From an uncultured delta proteobacterium (GTDB taxonomy: Bacteria; Desulfobacterota; Desulfomonilia; UBA1062), in the NCBI GenBank assembly GCA_963785235.1, contig CAWAUM010000013.1, positions 96,001-160,000 of the forward strand: DNA of 64,000 nt, written 5' to 3'. A program made the position numbers and the translations under genes. The stretch's first letter is position 1. Each line of letters begins with the position of its first letter. Of the stretch, positions 22,095-31,176 are shown piece by piece. The notes under the pieces were generated by a model. That model had not been told where the DNA came from. It saw nothing but the letters and a program-made list of their open reading frames with translations, and ran no database searches.

Positions 22095-22335
22095 GCATCT
22101 CCAATTATAAGACTAAAGACCTCGTTGTTTTAAGCACCTGGCTTTCTTGCAATTTGTCATACTGGGTATTATCATAATCATCTATATGTTCCAAGGCATC
22201 TGACTAGTTGACGGATGTATGCATCCCATGCCGGGATGATGTATTTTTTCATGGGCTTCGATGCATAAAGATAGTGTGGGGCATTCATTACAACCCCCAA
22301 GACAAACAGGCCGGTAAGGCTACACAGGAGCGGAT

Positions 22336-24780
22336 ATGTCAGGCAAACTACCCCCGGAGAAATTGCATTGTATTTGTGAGCCAAGTGTTTTCGGATGTGC
22401 GGACAGCAGGAATGCCGAACCCCTGCAGACGATCCTCGGTCAGAAAAGGGCGCTGAAGGCGCTCAACTTCGGCCTGAGGATAAGAGACAAAGGGTTCAAC
22501 ATCTATGTCTCAGGGTACGCAGGATCCGGAAGAAAAACGGCTCTGAGAGGCTACCTGAAGGAACTCGCAAAGGATCAGCCCTCGCCCCCTGACTGGTGCT
22601 ATGTGAACAACTTCAAGGACGCCTACCGGCCGAACACCATATCCATGCCCGCAGGCCTGGCACACGAATTCAGCCGTGACGTGGATGGATTCGTAAAGGC
22701 CGCCCGCAAGGGTATCGTCAAGGCCTTTGAGAGCGAGGAATACGCAACAAGGAGGAACCAGGCTGCAAAGAAATTCCAGGAACAGCGCGATGAACTCTTC
22801 AGCAAGGTCAATGAGGACGCACGGAAAAAGGGCCTTCTCATCCAGGCTACCCCTATGGGGCTGCTTGCATTTCCCATGGTTGAAAACAGACCCATGACCG
22901 AGGAGGAATTCCGTGCCCTCGATAAGAAGACACAGGATGCATTCACCCGCAAGCAGGGAAAGCTCCAGGAGCTGATCAAAAAGTCGGGCCGTCAGGTGTC
23001 TGTGCTCGAGAAAAAGGCGAACGAGATGATCGCCAAGCTCGACCGGGATATCGCCTCGTACACCCTTGAAAACCTGCTGGACGACCTGATGGAGAAATAC
23101 CGCGATCAGACAGGGATCATCGCGCATCTGAAGGCCATGCTTGAAGACATGGTCGAGAACCTGCCCCTGTTCAGGAGTGATGAACAGAAAGCCCAGGAAC
23201 AGCCGGAGACACCGTTTACGATGAATGGAGAGCTGAGGTTCAGGAAGTACAAGGTCAACGTGCTTGTGGATAATTCCAAACTCAAAGGCGCCCCCATCGT
23301 GACAGAACTGAACCCCACCTATAACAACCTTTTCGGTCGGATCGAGAAAGAGGCGCAGTTCGGTGCGCTCCTGACCGACTTGACCATGATCCGCTCAGGC
23401 TCATTGCACCAGGCAAACGGCGGTTACCTCATACTGCCGGTGGAGGATGTCCTCATCAATTACTTCTCCTGGGACGGGCTCAAGCGCGCCATACGCAACC
23501 GGGAGATCCGCATCGAGGAGGCGGGAGAGCGCATGGGTTTCATGACCACCAGGAGCCTCATGCCCGAGCCCATACCCTGGGACATCAAGGTCATCCTCAT
23601 CGGGACGCCTTACCTTTATTACCGGCTCTATGAGCTGGACCAGGACTTCCAGGACCTCTTCAAGGTAAAGGCCGATTTCGATACCGTCATGGAACGCACC
23701 GATGAGAACATGAAGAGCTATGCCTCGTTCCTGTGCAGCCTCTGCCAGGAAGAGAACCTGCTCCACTTCGACAAGGACGCCATCGTCAAGGTGGTGGAAC
23801 ACAGCTGCAGGCTGGCATCCGACCAGGAGAAACTCTCCACCCGCTTCGGCGAGATCGCCAACGTGATCCGCGAGGCGAGTTTCTATGCATCCCAGGAGAA
23901 TATGCCCCTGGTAGGGGAAAGGCATGTGAAACAGGCTGTGGAAGAGCGTTTTCTCCGTTCGAACCTGCTCATGGAAAAGGCCAAGGAGATGATCTCTCAG
24001 GGCATGATTAAAATCGATGTGGATGGCGAAAAGACAGGACAGGTGAACGGTCTGTCCGTCATCGACCTGGGCGATATCATGTTCGGCAGGCCCAGCAGGA
24101 TCACGGTAAGCATAGAGCCGGGCCACGACGGAATCATAGACATCGAGCGCGAGGCCAAGCTCGGCGGGCCCATTCATACCAAGGGGGTCATGATTCTTTC
24201 TGGTTATCTTGCCCATACCTATGCACAAGAAAAACCCATCAGCCTGTCGGCCAGGCTCGTATTCGAACAGAGTTATTCAGGTATAGAAGGTGATTCCGCC
24301 TCCTCCACGGAGCTCTATGCCCTCTTGTCCGCACTGTCGGGGAAACCCATCAGACAGGGTATCGCAGTGACCGGGTCGGTAAATCAGAAGGGCGAGGTGC
24401 AGGCTATAGGAGGTGTGAACGAGAAGATCGAAGGATTTTTCGAGGTATGCAAGGTCAAGGGCATCACCGGGAGACAGGGGGTGATAATCCCTGAAAGCAA
24501 TGTCAGGAACCTTATGCTCAAGGATGAGATCATCGAAGCGGTAAAAGCAGGTAAATTCACCATATGGACCGCCACGAGCATCGATGAAGGCATTGAGATC
24601 CTCACGGGCGTGAAGGCAGGAACGAGGCACAAAGACGGCAGCTTCGAGAAGGGAACCATCCATGACCTCGTTGACAGGGAACTGCGCAAACTGTCCGAAA
24701 CCTGGGTCAGCTTTGCACAGAGCCAGGGCACAAAAGGCGCCATCATGAAAGGCAGGAAACCAAGGGAAAAACCGAATTAA
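22336..24780 (+). CDS. Lon-like protease (LonC/AAA_32 type)
   Basis: GQKRA, DWCYVNNF, GSLHQANGGYL, catalytic Ser/Lys motifs EGDSAS and GGVNEKIEGFF; atypical Walker A GSGRKT. Confidence 0.92.
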   Translation: MSGKLPPEKLHCICEPSVFGCADSRNAEPLQTILGQKRALKALNFGLRIRDKGFNIYVSGYAGSGRKTALRGYLKELAKDQPSPPDWCYVNNFKDAYRPNTISMPAGLAHEFSRDVDGFVKAARKGIVKAFESEEYATRRNQAAKKFQEQRDELFSKVNEDARKKGLLIQATPMGLLAFPMVENRPMTEEEFRALDKKTQDAFTRKQGKLQELIKKSGRQVSVLEKKANEMIAKLDRDIASYTLENLLDDLMEKYRDQTGIIAHLKAMLEDMVENLPLFRSDEQKAQEQPETPFTMNGELRFRKYKVNVLVDNSKLKGAPIVTELNPTYNNLFGRIEKEAQFGALLTDLTMIRSGSLHQANGGYLILPVEDVLINYFSWDGLKRAIRNREIRIEEAGERMGFMTTRSLMPEPIPWDIKVILIGTPYLYYRLYELDQDFQDLFKVKADFDTVMERTDENMKSYASFLCSLCQEENLLHFDKDAIVKVVEHSCRLASDQEKLSTRFGEIANVIREASFYASQENMPLVGERHVKQAVEERFLRSNLLMEKAKEMISQGMIKIDVDGEKTGQVNGLSVIDLGDIMFGRPSRITVSIEPGHDGIIDIEREAKLGGPIHTKGVMILSGYLAHTYAQEKPISLSARLVFEQSYSGIEGDSASSTELYALLSALSGKPIRQGIAVTGSVNQKGEVQAIGGVNEKIEGFFEVCKVKGITGRQGVIIPESNVRNLMLKDEIIEAVKAGKFTIWTATSIDEGIEILTGVKAGTRHKDGSFEKGTIHDLVDRELRKLSETWVSFAQSQGTKGAIMKGRKPREKPN

Positions 24781-24832
24781 TACATACCCTTTCTGTCTGC
24801 CTTCAGCCTGTTATTGCCTGAGCGGAACCACA

Positions 24833-25633
24833 TCACAAGCGATCAGATAAGAGGATGACTCCATCAGCAGATGTGGCCAGACAGGTTTGTGGAAGGATGT
24901 TCATGCACGCGAGCGTAGGGTCTTTCAATCCCAGAAAGGTGAGGTGATCGATATCGAGGGCCAGCGGCAGGCCCCTTTCAATGGCTCCGGGCCATATGAC
25001 AACAGAGAATGGCCTCAGCGGCTTAAGGTAGTCGGCCATGGAAAGGTGTCCATCATGTGACCACTCGACATTTTTAAGAACATGGGAATTGCCCACGATA
25101 ACCAGCCCCTTGGAGCCGGGGTGGGTTGCGAGATAATCAGAGACACGCGATGCCATCCACTGATCCCTTGTGACCTGGCTGTTCTCATCATTGTCAATGG
25201 CTATGATGTCCATCCCGAGGGCCTTCGCCCCGGCAATCAGCTTGAGATAGGCATGCGAGGCTATGATCTCATGTATCTTAATATCGCTTACCGGACAGAG
25301 CCCATTCGTGAACCGGTCAATTACCCCTTGCTGGTTCGATGGTATCTCGACAAAAAGGGTAGTGATTCCTTCTTTCTTGACGAGACCGGGCAGGATGTCG
25401 GAAATCAGGTCATGGATCTGTTTGTTATCATGTCTGGTGCCAAGCAGGATGAGCCTGTGTGAAGCGGCCTTTTCCGCAAGGTATGATGCAGGATTTTTCC
25501 CGCAACTCATTGCCAGTTCATTTATTGTCGGGCGTGCCTTGACACCCATGCAGAAGAGAAAGGCAATGCACACAAACAAGGATACGATGCGTATTCTGTG
25601 ATCCGTTAACATCTTATCCTTATATATCGACAA
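24833..25633 (-). CDS. EreA/ChaN-like superfamily hypothetical protein, probably exported
   Basis: LLGTRH, FVE, IAID, RDQWMA, VGNSH motif order; N-terminal hydrophobic segment. Confidence 0.6.
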   Translation of the reverse strand: MSIYKDKMLTDHRIRIVSLFVCIAFLFCMGVKARPTINELAMSCGKNPASYLAEKAASHRLILLGTRHDNKQIHDLISDILPGLVKKEGITTLFVEIPSNQQGVIDRFTNGLCPVSDIKIHEIIASHAYLKLIAGAKALGMDIIAIDNDENSQVTRDQWMASRVSDYLATHPGSKGLVIVGNSHVLKNVEWSHDGHLSMADYLKPLRPFSVVIWPGAIERGLPLALDIDHLTFLGLKDPTLACMNILPQTCLATSADGVILLSDRL

Positions 25634-25766
25634 ATGCTTGAAAAGTAAAGAGAGGCAGGAACATAAAGAGAGGCAGAGTCTTGACTATCTTGACGAGCAG
25701 GCTATCTAGTCCCTGTATGTACTGAGGCTGTAAACAGTTCCCATGAAAAGGCGGATAGGCATATCC

Positions 25767-26726
25767 ATGGGTGAATGGAAGGAGAGGAAGGTCGTTATTG
25801 TCGGGGCCGGTTCAGTCGGTTCGACCTTTGCGTATGCGCTTGCTCAAACCGGTATTACCGACACTATTGTCCTTCTTGATCAGAACAAGGAGTTGATGAA
25901 AGGACAAGTTCTCGATCTAGAGCATGGATTTCCTTTCTGGCCTACAATAAACATCCGGGAAGGCTCACAGGATGATTATCAAGATGCCCATGTTATCGTC
26001 ATTACCGCAGGGGCGAAACAGCAGCCAGGGGAGTCACGATTAAACCTTCTCAAGAAAAACATCACCATCATAGAACACATTGCCCAGGACATTGCAGCTC
26101 AAGGCTCGCAGGCTGTCATTGTGGTTGTAAGCAACCCTGTGGACCTGCTGACGTATGCACTATTAAAAAAATTAGACTGGCCGCGAGGTCGAGTGATCGG
26201 CTCAGGCACCTTTCTCGACAGTGCTAGATTCCGATATCTGCTCAGTCAACATTGCGGAATTGATGTCCATAATGTTCATGCATATATTCTGGGAGAACAT
26301 GGCGATAGTGAATTTGCCCCATGGTCCATGACCCATATTGCCGGTATGCCCCTTGATCAATACTGTCTTATCTGCAATGAATGTGGTGACTTGAAAAAAG
26401 TACAGCAGCAGATCGAAGACGAAGTCAGAGATTCCGCCTACCATATCATTGATTATAAGGGATCCACCAATTTTGCCATCGGATTGGCCCTGGTTCAAAT
26501 TGTTGCAGCAATTGTGCGAAATCAACACAGTGTACTGACCGTCTCTACACTTCTGAACGGGGAGTATGGGCTGCATGATGTCTGTATAAGCATTCCTTGT
26601 ATACTCTCCCAGCATGGCGTGGAACAGATTATCGTGGAGAAGTTGACAAGGGATGAATTGCAGGCATTGGTGCACTCGGCCACTGTTTTAAAAAAAACAT
26701 CCGACGAAGTGCATGGTGTATCTTAG
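25767..26726 (+). CDS. ldh: L-lactate dehydrogenase
   Basis: GAGSVG, TAGAKQQPGESRLNL, SNPVD, GTFLDSARFR, GEHGDSE. Start could alternatively be 25743. Confidence 0.92.
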   Translation: MGEWKERKVVIVGAGSVGSTFAYALAQTGITDTIVLLDQNKELMKGQVLDLEHGFPFWPTINIREGSQDDYQDAHVIVITAGAKQQPGESRLNLLKKNITIIEHIAQDIAAQGSQAVIVVVSNPVDLLTYALLKKLDWPRGRVIGSGTFLDSARFRYLLSQHCGIDVHNVHAYILGEHGDSEFAPWSMTHIAGMPLDQYCLICNECGDLKKVQQQIEDEVRDSAYHIIDYKGSTNFAIGLALVQIVAAIVRNQHSVLTVSTLLNGEYGLHDVCISIPCILSQHGVEQIIVEKLTRDELQALVHSATVLKKTSDEVHGVS

Positions 26727-26952
26727 CCCGAATCCTACGTATATGGTTGTTCCCTTCCTGTAATTTGATAATCAAATAAACCCAGCTTTTGCAATTGAAT
26801 GTAGAGATAACTGCTCCGTACTCTTCAGGTGTCCTTCAACGTAAACCCTGGGGTATATATGCATACGGAATAAGCCAGAACCCATTAGCATGCCAATGGC
26901 ATCTACAAACTAGTGAGGGAATTAAATGAGTAGCAATAAAAGGAGAACTACC

Positions 26953-27306
26953 ATGAAAAGACAATCGATGATTTTAATAATACTCATGGTTGTGATGGCA
27001 ATATCAACATCTCTGCTTGCCGGTGAGGCCAACCGCAGAGATGTAAGAGACCTGAGTTATCTCAAGGCCAATCCTGGTGTAACGGTATCAGAACAAGTGA
27101 CGTCAGGTCTGATTGATAGAAGGGACGCAAGAGACCTGAGCTATTTGAACAGTACCGGCATGCCAGGGGTATCGAGCCCGGATGTCGTCGTACAGGTAGA
27201 TAGCAACAGAAGGGATGCAAGGGATCTTGCGTACTTGCTTGGCAATTCTCAAGATATCAGGGTTGATGAGCCAAACAATACGATCCTGATGTGTTGCCAG
27301 AGGTAG
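26953..27306 (+). CDS. Secreted small protein with three RRDxRDLxYL repeats
   Basis: AGGAG SD; signal peptide MKRQSMILIILMVVMAISTSLLA; three repeats with synonymous variation; own terminator. Confidence 0.8.
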   Translation: MKRQSMILIILMVVMAISTSLLAGEANRRDVRDLSYLKANPGVTVSEQVTSGLIDRRDARDLSYLNSTGMPGVSSPDVVVQVDSNRRDARDLAYLLGNSQDIRVDEPNNTILMCCQR

Positions 27307-27347
27307 AGATACAGGAAGTTGAAACTGACAAAAAACCAACCGCATCT

Positions 27348-27386
27348 CAAGACGGCGATGCATCCTGAAATCGCCGTCTTGTTTTT
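27348..27386 (+). terminator. Intrinsic terminator
   Basis: CAAGACGGCGAT-gcatcctgaa-ATCGCCGTCTTG-TTTTT. Confidence 0.85.
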
Positions 27387-27887
27387 ATATCCATGTGGCA
27401 TGGTCTTTATGAAAGGACCGTACCCGATTTAATCCACTTAATGTTCACCATATCATCGTTTAAAAATAAAGCACCACATGTAAAGAATAGAGCCATAATG
27501 AGAAAACAAAAAGAGGACGTTTATTTGCAAAACCGGAAAGGGTAAAGGCAGATTTGCAACGATGCATTATTGCATAGTATATGCGTAACCGCATCGATTA
27601 GGATAAGGTCTTTTTATCAGTCATGATAAAATATTCCAGATAGGACAGCGGTGTTCTCTTTGATATGAATGTTATTTTAGTGAGTTAAACGAAGGATCTC
27701 TTTATACTCCCAGCAACTCTTCAATCGATAGTTTTGTTCATGAAAGACCAGATGAAAATGAATGTGTTGCAGAAAAACTAATATCCTGTCTCAAGGTTGC
27801 AGCGATTCTTAAAAGACATTTTAATATCTTATAACAAATTGCATGTAAGTTCCGTACATTATGTTATTTTATTTATAATCGTATAAT

Positions 27888-27903
27888 TGGTACGATGTTT
27901 GCT
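27888..27903 (+). promoter_or_regulatory. sigma54 -24/-12 promoter of the porin gene
   Basis: TGGTACGATGTTTGCT (GG-N10-GC) with AT-rich upstream region. Confidence 0.7.
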
Positions 27904-28123
27904 GGACGATGTATACAGATCTCTGTGAATTTACTCTGTTCTAGAGGTGGCCGTGACCGATTTTTTTGTACCAAAAGGCTCGCAACGCTGATAAAAAGGA
28001 AAACAACATAATCTCATAGAATTTGGCTCATTGAAGAATATCACCAGAGATTGTTTAACAAAAGTTCTCAATAAGGGGAACCTAGACTATATACGGATCT
28101 GAAAAAAACACTAGGAGGAGAGC

Positions 28124-29275
28124 ATGAGGAAGTTTATAGGATTCTTGCTGGCAGTAGGTTTGGTTTTCGCCTTTTCCGCTTCTGTCTTTGCAGCAACGGT
28201 AGAAGAGCGTCTCAAGACTTTGGAAGACACAATAGGGGCATGGTCTTTCTATGGAAGTGCCCGGATGGCCACTTTTTATGAGGACTCAGATAGTAAGTGG
28301 AACGATAACTATGGCGTTACGGAGGGTGTTGCTGATGGGCCAGACACCAAGGGAACACGTTTTGGTTTGGCCGGCAACTCGCGAGTTGGTGCACGGGTAA
28401 AAAAGGGAGATTTTGGTGGCCGGTTCGAGATCGGACTCAGAGAAGACAAAGTTGCAAATCGCCTGATCTATGCAACCTATACCAATAATGACGTAACATA
28501 TTTGTTTGGTCAGGATTATGCGCCCCTGGGTGACTGGGGCAACAGCAACCAGGTCTTTTATTGGGATAATGACATGGCCGGTTTTGGTATAATTGATGAA
28601 GACCGGACCCCTCAGGTCAAAATCAGCTATAAGGGACTCCAGGTAGCATTCGTGCAGACTCAGAGTTCTGATGTCAGCACACTCGGTCTGACAGCGAGTG
28701 ATGCAAAAACAGAGACACTCTTCCCTCATCTTGAGCTCAAGTACAGCCTTGCCACCGATAAATTCTTTGCCGATGTCTTTGGCGGATTTGGTTCCTATAA
28801 AGTTAAAGCAGACAGCCTGGATATCGATGAGTCAGTCAGCTCATACGCACTTGGTTTAAATGGGGGCGTAACCCTCAACCCGTTCTATGCCAATGCCATG
28901 GCATGGATGGCACAGAACGGCCCACAGATGGGTCTGAATCAGGCTGATGCTGCAGGCGCCCGGATGGATCCGATAACAGGTGATCTCACCGATGATGATG
29001 AGTGGGGGTATGCTCTGGTTGCAGGAATGAATATACAGAAGATTACTGTTGAAGCAGGTTATGGCTATGTTCAGTCCAAGCTCGATGAGAGCGGGGCCGA
29101 TAAGAATAACGCCCAGAACTACTATATACAGGCAGTGATCCCGATAGCAGAAGGGAATGGAGCAAAATTCTCAGTTACACCTGAAATTGGTCAGTATGAT
29201 TATATGAAGGATGAAACCGGAGCCACCGAGGGCAAGGCATGGTATGCCGGTGCAAAGTGGCAGCTTGACTTCTAA
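28124..29275 (+). CDS. Outer-membrane porin-like protein
   Basis: Signal peptide; SFYGSARMATF; amphipathic beta strands; C-terminal KWQLDF. Confidence 0.8.
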   Translation: MRKFIGFLLAVGLVFAFSASVFAATVEERLKTLEDTIGAWSFYGSARMATFYEDSDSKWNDNYGVTEGVADGPDTKGTRFGLAGNSRVGARVKKGDFGGRFEIGLREDKVANRLIYATYTNNDVTYLFGQDYAPLGDWGNSNQVFYWDNDMAGFGIIDEDRTPQVKISYKGLQVAFVQTQSSDVSTLGLTASDAKTETLFPHLELKYSLATDKFFADVFGGFGSYKVKADSLDIDESVSSYALGLNGGVTLNPFYANAMAWMAQNGPQMGLNQADAAGARMDPITGDLTDDDEWGYALVAGMNIQKITVEAGYGYVQSKLDESGADKNNAQNYYIQAVIPIAEGNGAKFSVTPEIGQYDYMKDETGATEGKAWYAGAKWQLDF

Positions 29276-29291
29276 GATTGCTTTACTAGTT

Positions 29292-29327
29292 AAAAAAGAA
29301 GCCGGGGGATAACCCCGGCTTTTTTTT
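29292..29327. terminator. Intrinsic terminator
   Basis: AAGCCGGGG-gataa-CCCCGGCTT followed by a T run, with an A run upstream. Confidence 0.9.
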
Positions 29328-29476
29328 ATTCATGGCATAACCTATATACATTATTTTAAAGTTCATCTAACCTCTTCTATATATCTTTTGAATTTATGAA
29401 AAAAATTTATTCATTTATCATATCATTGAATACCGGAGACTGAGATTTCGGTTTGTTTGATGTGTATCAAAAAAAA

Positions 29477-29558
29477 TGCGAAAGGCGGGACTCGAACCCG
29501 CACGGAGTTACCCACTAGATCCTAAGTCTAGCGCGTCTGCCAATTCCGCCACTCTCGC
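29477..29558 (-). tRNA. tRNA-Leu (TAG), CCA not encoded
   Basis: GCGAGAGTGGCGGAATTGGCAGACGCG-CTAGA-CTTAGGA-TCTAG-variable arm-GCGGGTTCGAGTCCCGC-CTTTCGCA. Confidence 0.96.
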
Positions 29559-29647
29559 ATGCTCAGGTATTCTACCTTGATCACGTGTGTCTTGTCCACC
29601 ACTTGGAACGCCTGGATGCCAAGATAAGGGGGGCAGAAACCATCTGA

Positions 29648-31077
29648 CTATTCCGACCTGAGGTCAATGATCTCCATACAGTGGTTTGCAGACGGGTTAC
29701 TACGGGATGGCCCCTGGGCAAGGATGACAAGGTCTCCCTTCATCCCATGTTCATGGAGCCATGACTTCACATATTCTCTCCAGTCATTTGGCGGGTCGAC
29801 TTCATGGGTGGGAAGGACGCCCGACGAGAACTGGAGCTGTTGACACGTGAGCTCTGAACGGCTCAGGGCAACGATCCACACCGGGAGCCTGAACCGGGCA
29901 ATACTCCTTGCCGTGGCCCCACTGTGGGTGGGGACAAACACCGCTGCAGGCGAGATATGCTTGAAGGTAGCCTCTATACTGAACACGACCATGTCACTTG
30001 CCCTGCTCGTCTGTGTTTCCGTAATCTCCTTGAGCCTTTCCCTCAGGCGATATCCCGGGCCGTAAGGCTCGGTGGCTTCAGCGATACTGGCAAGCATTGC
30101 TGCAGCCTCCACGGGATACCTGCCCATAGCGGATTCACCGGACAGCATGACGCAGTCCGTGCCGTCTAAAATGGCATTTGAAACGTCCGTTACCTCGGCC
30201 CGTGTGGGCCGGCGGTTTTCCGTCATGGATTCGAGCATCTGGGTTGCGGTGATCACCGGTTTTCCATGCATGATGGCCTTTGCCATGAGCTCCTTCTGGA
30301 CCATGGCAATGCGCTCGATGGGTATCTCCACACCCAGGTCTCCCCTTGCAATCATGACGCCGTCCGTGACCGCCAGGATGTCTTCCATATGGGTCAGGGC
30401 TGCAGATCTCTCGATCTTGGCAATGATAAAGGGATAATAACCAAGATCCTCTGCAGCCTTCCGCACTGACTTGATATCTTCACCTGAGACCACGAAAGAT
30501 TGACAAACCGCGTCCAGACCATGTTCGGCCGCAAATTTCAGACATGCATGGTCCCTTTCCGTAAACGCGCTGATGCCCAGATCAATGCCCGGCAGGTTGA
30601 GTCCCTTGCGGGAGCGCAGCTCTCCCCCACGAGTACTGAGCAGATTACATCGCTGCTTTGCACCTTGATAACTTCGAGCTGGATGATACCGTCATTCAGA
30701 TAGAGCATATCCCCGGCCTTTACTGCCTGGGGGAGCTTTTTGAAGCTTACCGACACCCTTGACTCATCACCGGTTATTTCATCGCTCGTGAGCGTAAAGG
30801 TATCGCCCGGTTTCAATTCGATTGCGTCCTGGACCAACTCGCCTATACGCATCTTGGGTCCCGGCAGGTCGGCCATGATTGCCAGCCGCTTCCCCACGGA
30901 CCTCGCCGTAGACCTCAGGTCTTTAATCACCTGGGAATGGGAATCAAAATCGCCATGGGAAAAATTGAGACGGGCAATGTCCATTCCTGCCCTGATCATC
31001 TGCTCCATTACCTCAGGGGCCTGGGAGGCCGGACCGATAGTGCATACAATCTTGGTCTTGTGCTGAGGCAGCTTCAT
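29648..31077 (-). CDS. pyk: Pyruvate kinase, frameshifted in a G-run at ~30626
   Basis: TKIVCTIGPAS, ARLNFSHG, DLPGPKMR; then IAKIE, MIARGDLG, ATQMLESM, MLSGESA; adding one G restores GGELRSRKGLNLP. Confidence 0.93.
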
Positions 31078-31100
31078 TGTACCTCCAGCCTTTCGCGGCT

Positions 31101-31154
31101 TGTAGGAGCGCCAACAGGTGCGATTGCTTCATCGCGGCTGAAGCCGCTCCTACA
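31101..31154. repeat. GTAG-family REP doublet (REPIN-like)
   Basis: TGTAGGAGCGCCAACAGGTGCGA ... TCGCGGCTGAAGCCGCTCCTACA, in the glgP-pyk intergenic region. Confidence 0.82.
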
Positions 31155-31176
31155 TGTCATCATATCTTCATGACAA

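Noticed and set aside
26885-26900. TAGCATGCCAATGGCA as a sigma54 promoter for the repeat-protein gene
   Set aside because: Lacks the invariant -24 GG.
27031-27237. Regularly spaced ~33-bp repeats considered as a CRISPR array
   Set aside because: The repeats vary at synonymous positions inside an ORF with a signal peptide; no cas genes are present.
27520-27560. GCAAAACC-GGAAAG-GGT resembling a c-di-GMP-I riboswitch
   Set aside because: Lacks the stem and GACGCAAAGC junction, and lies upstream of the predicted promoter.
29330-29476. AT-rich stretch at the tRNA-Leu 3' end as an island attachment site
   Set aside because: No integrase and no duplicated tRNA 3' end seen in the window.
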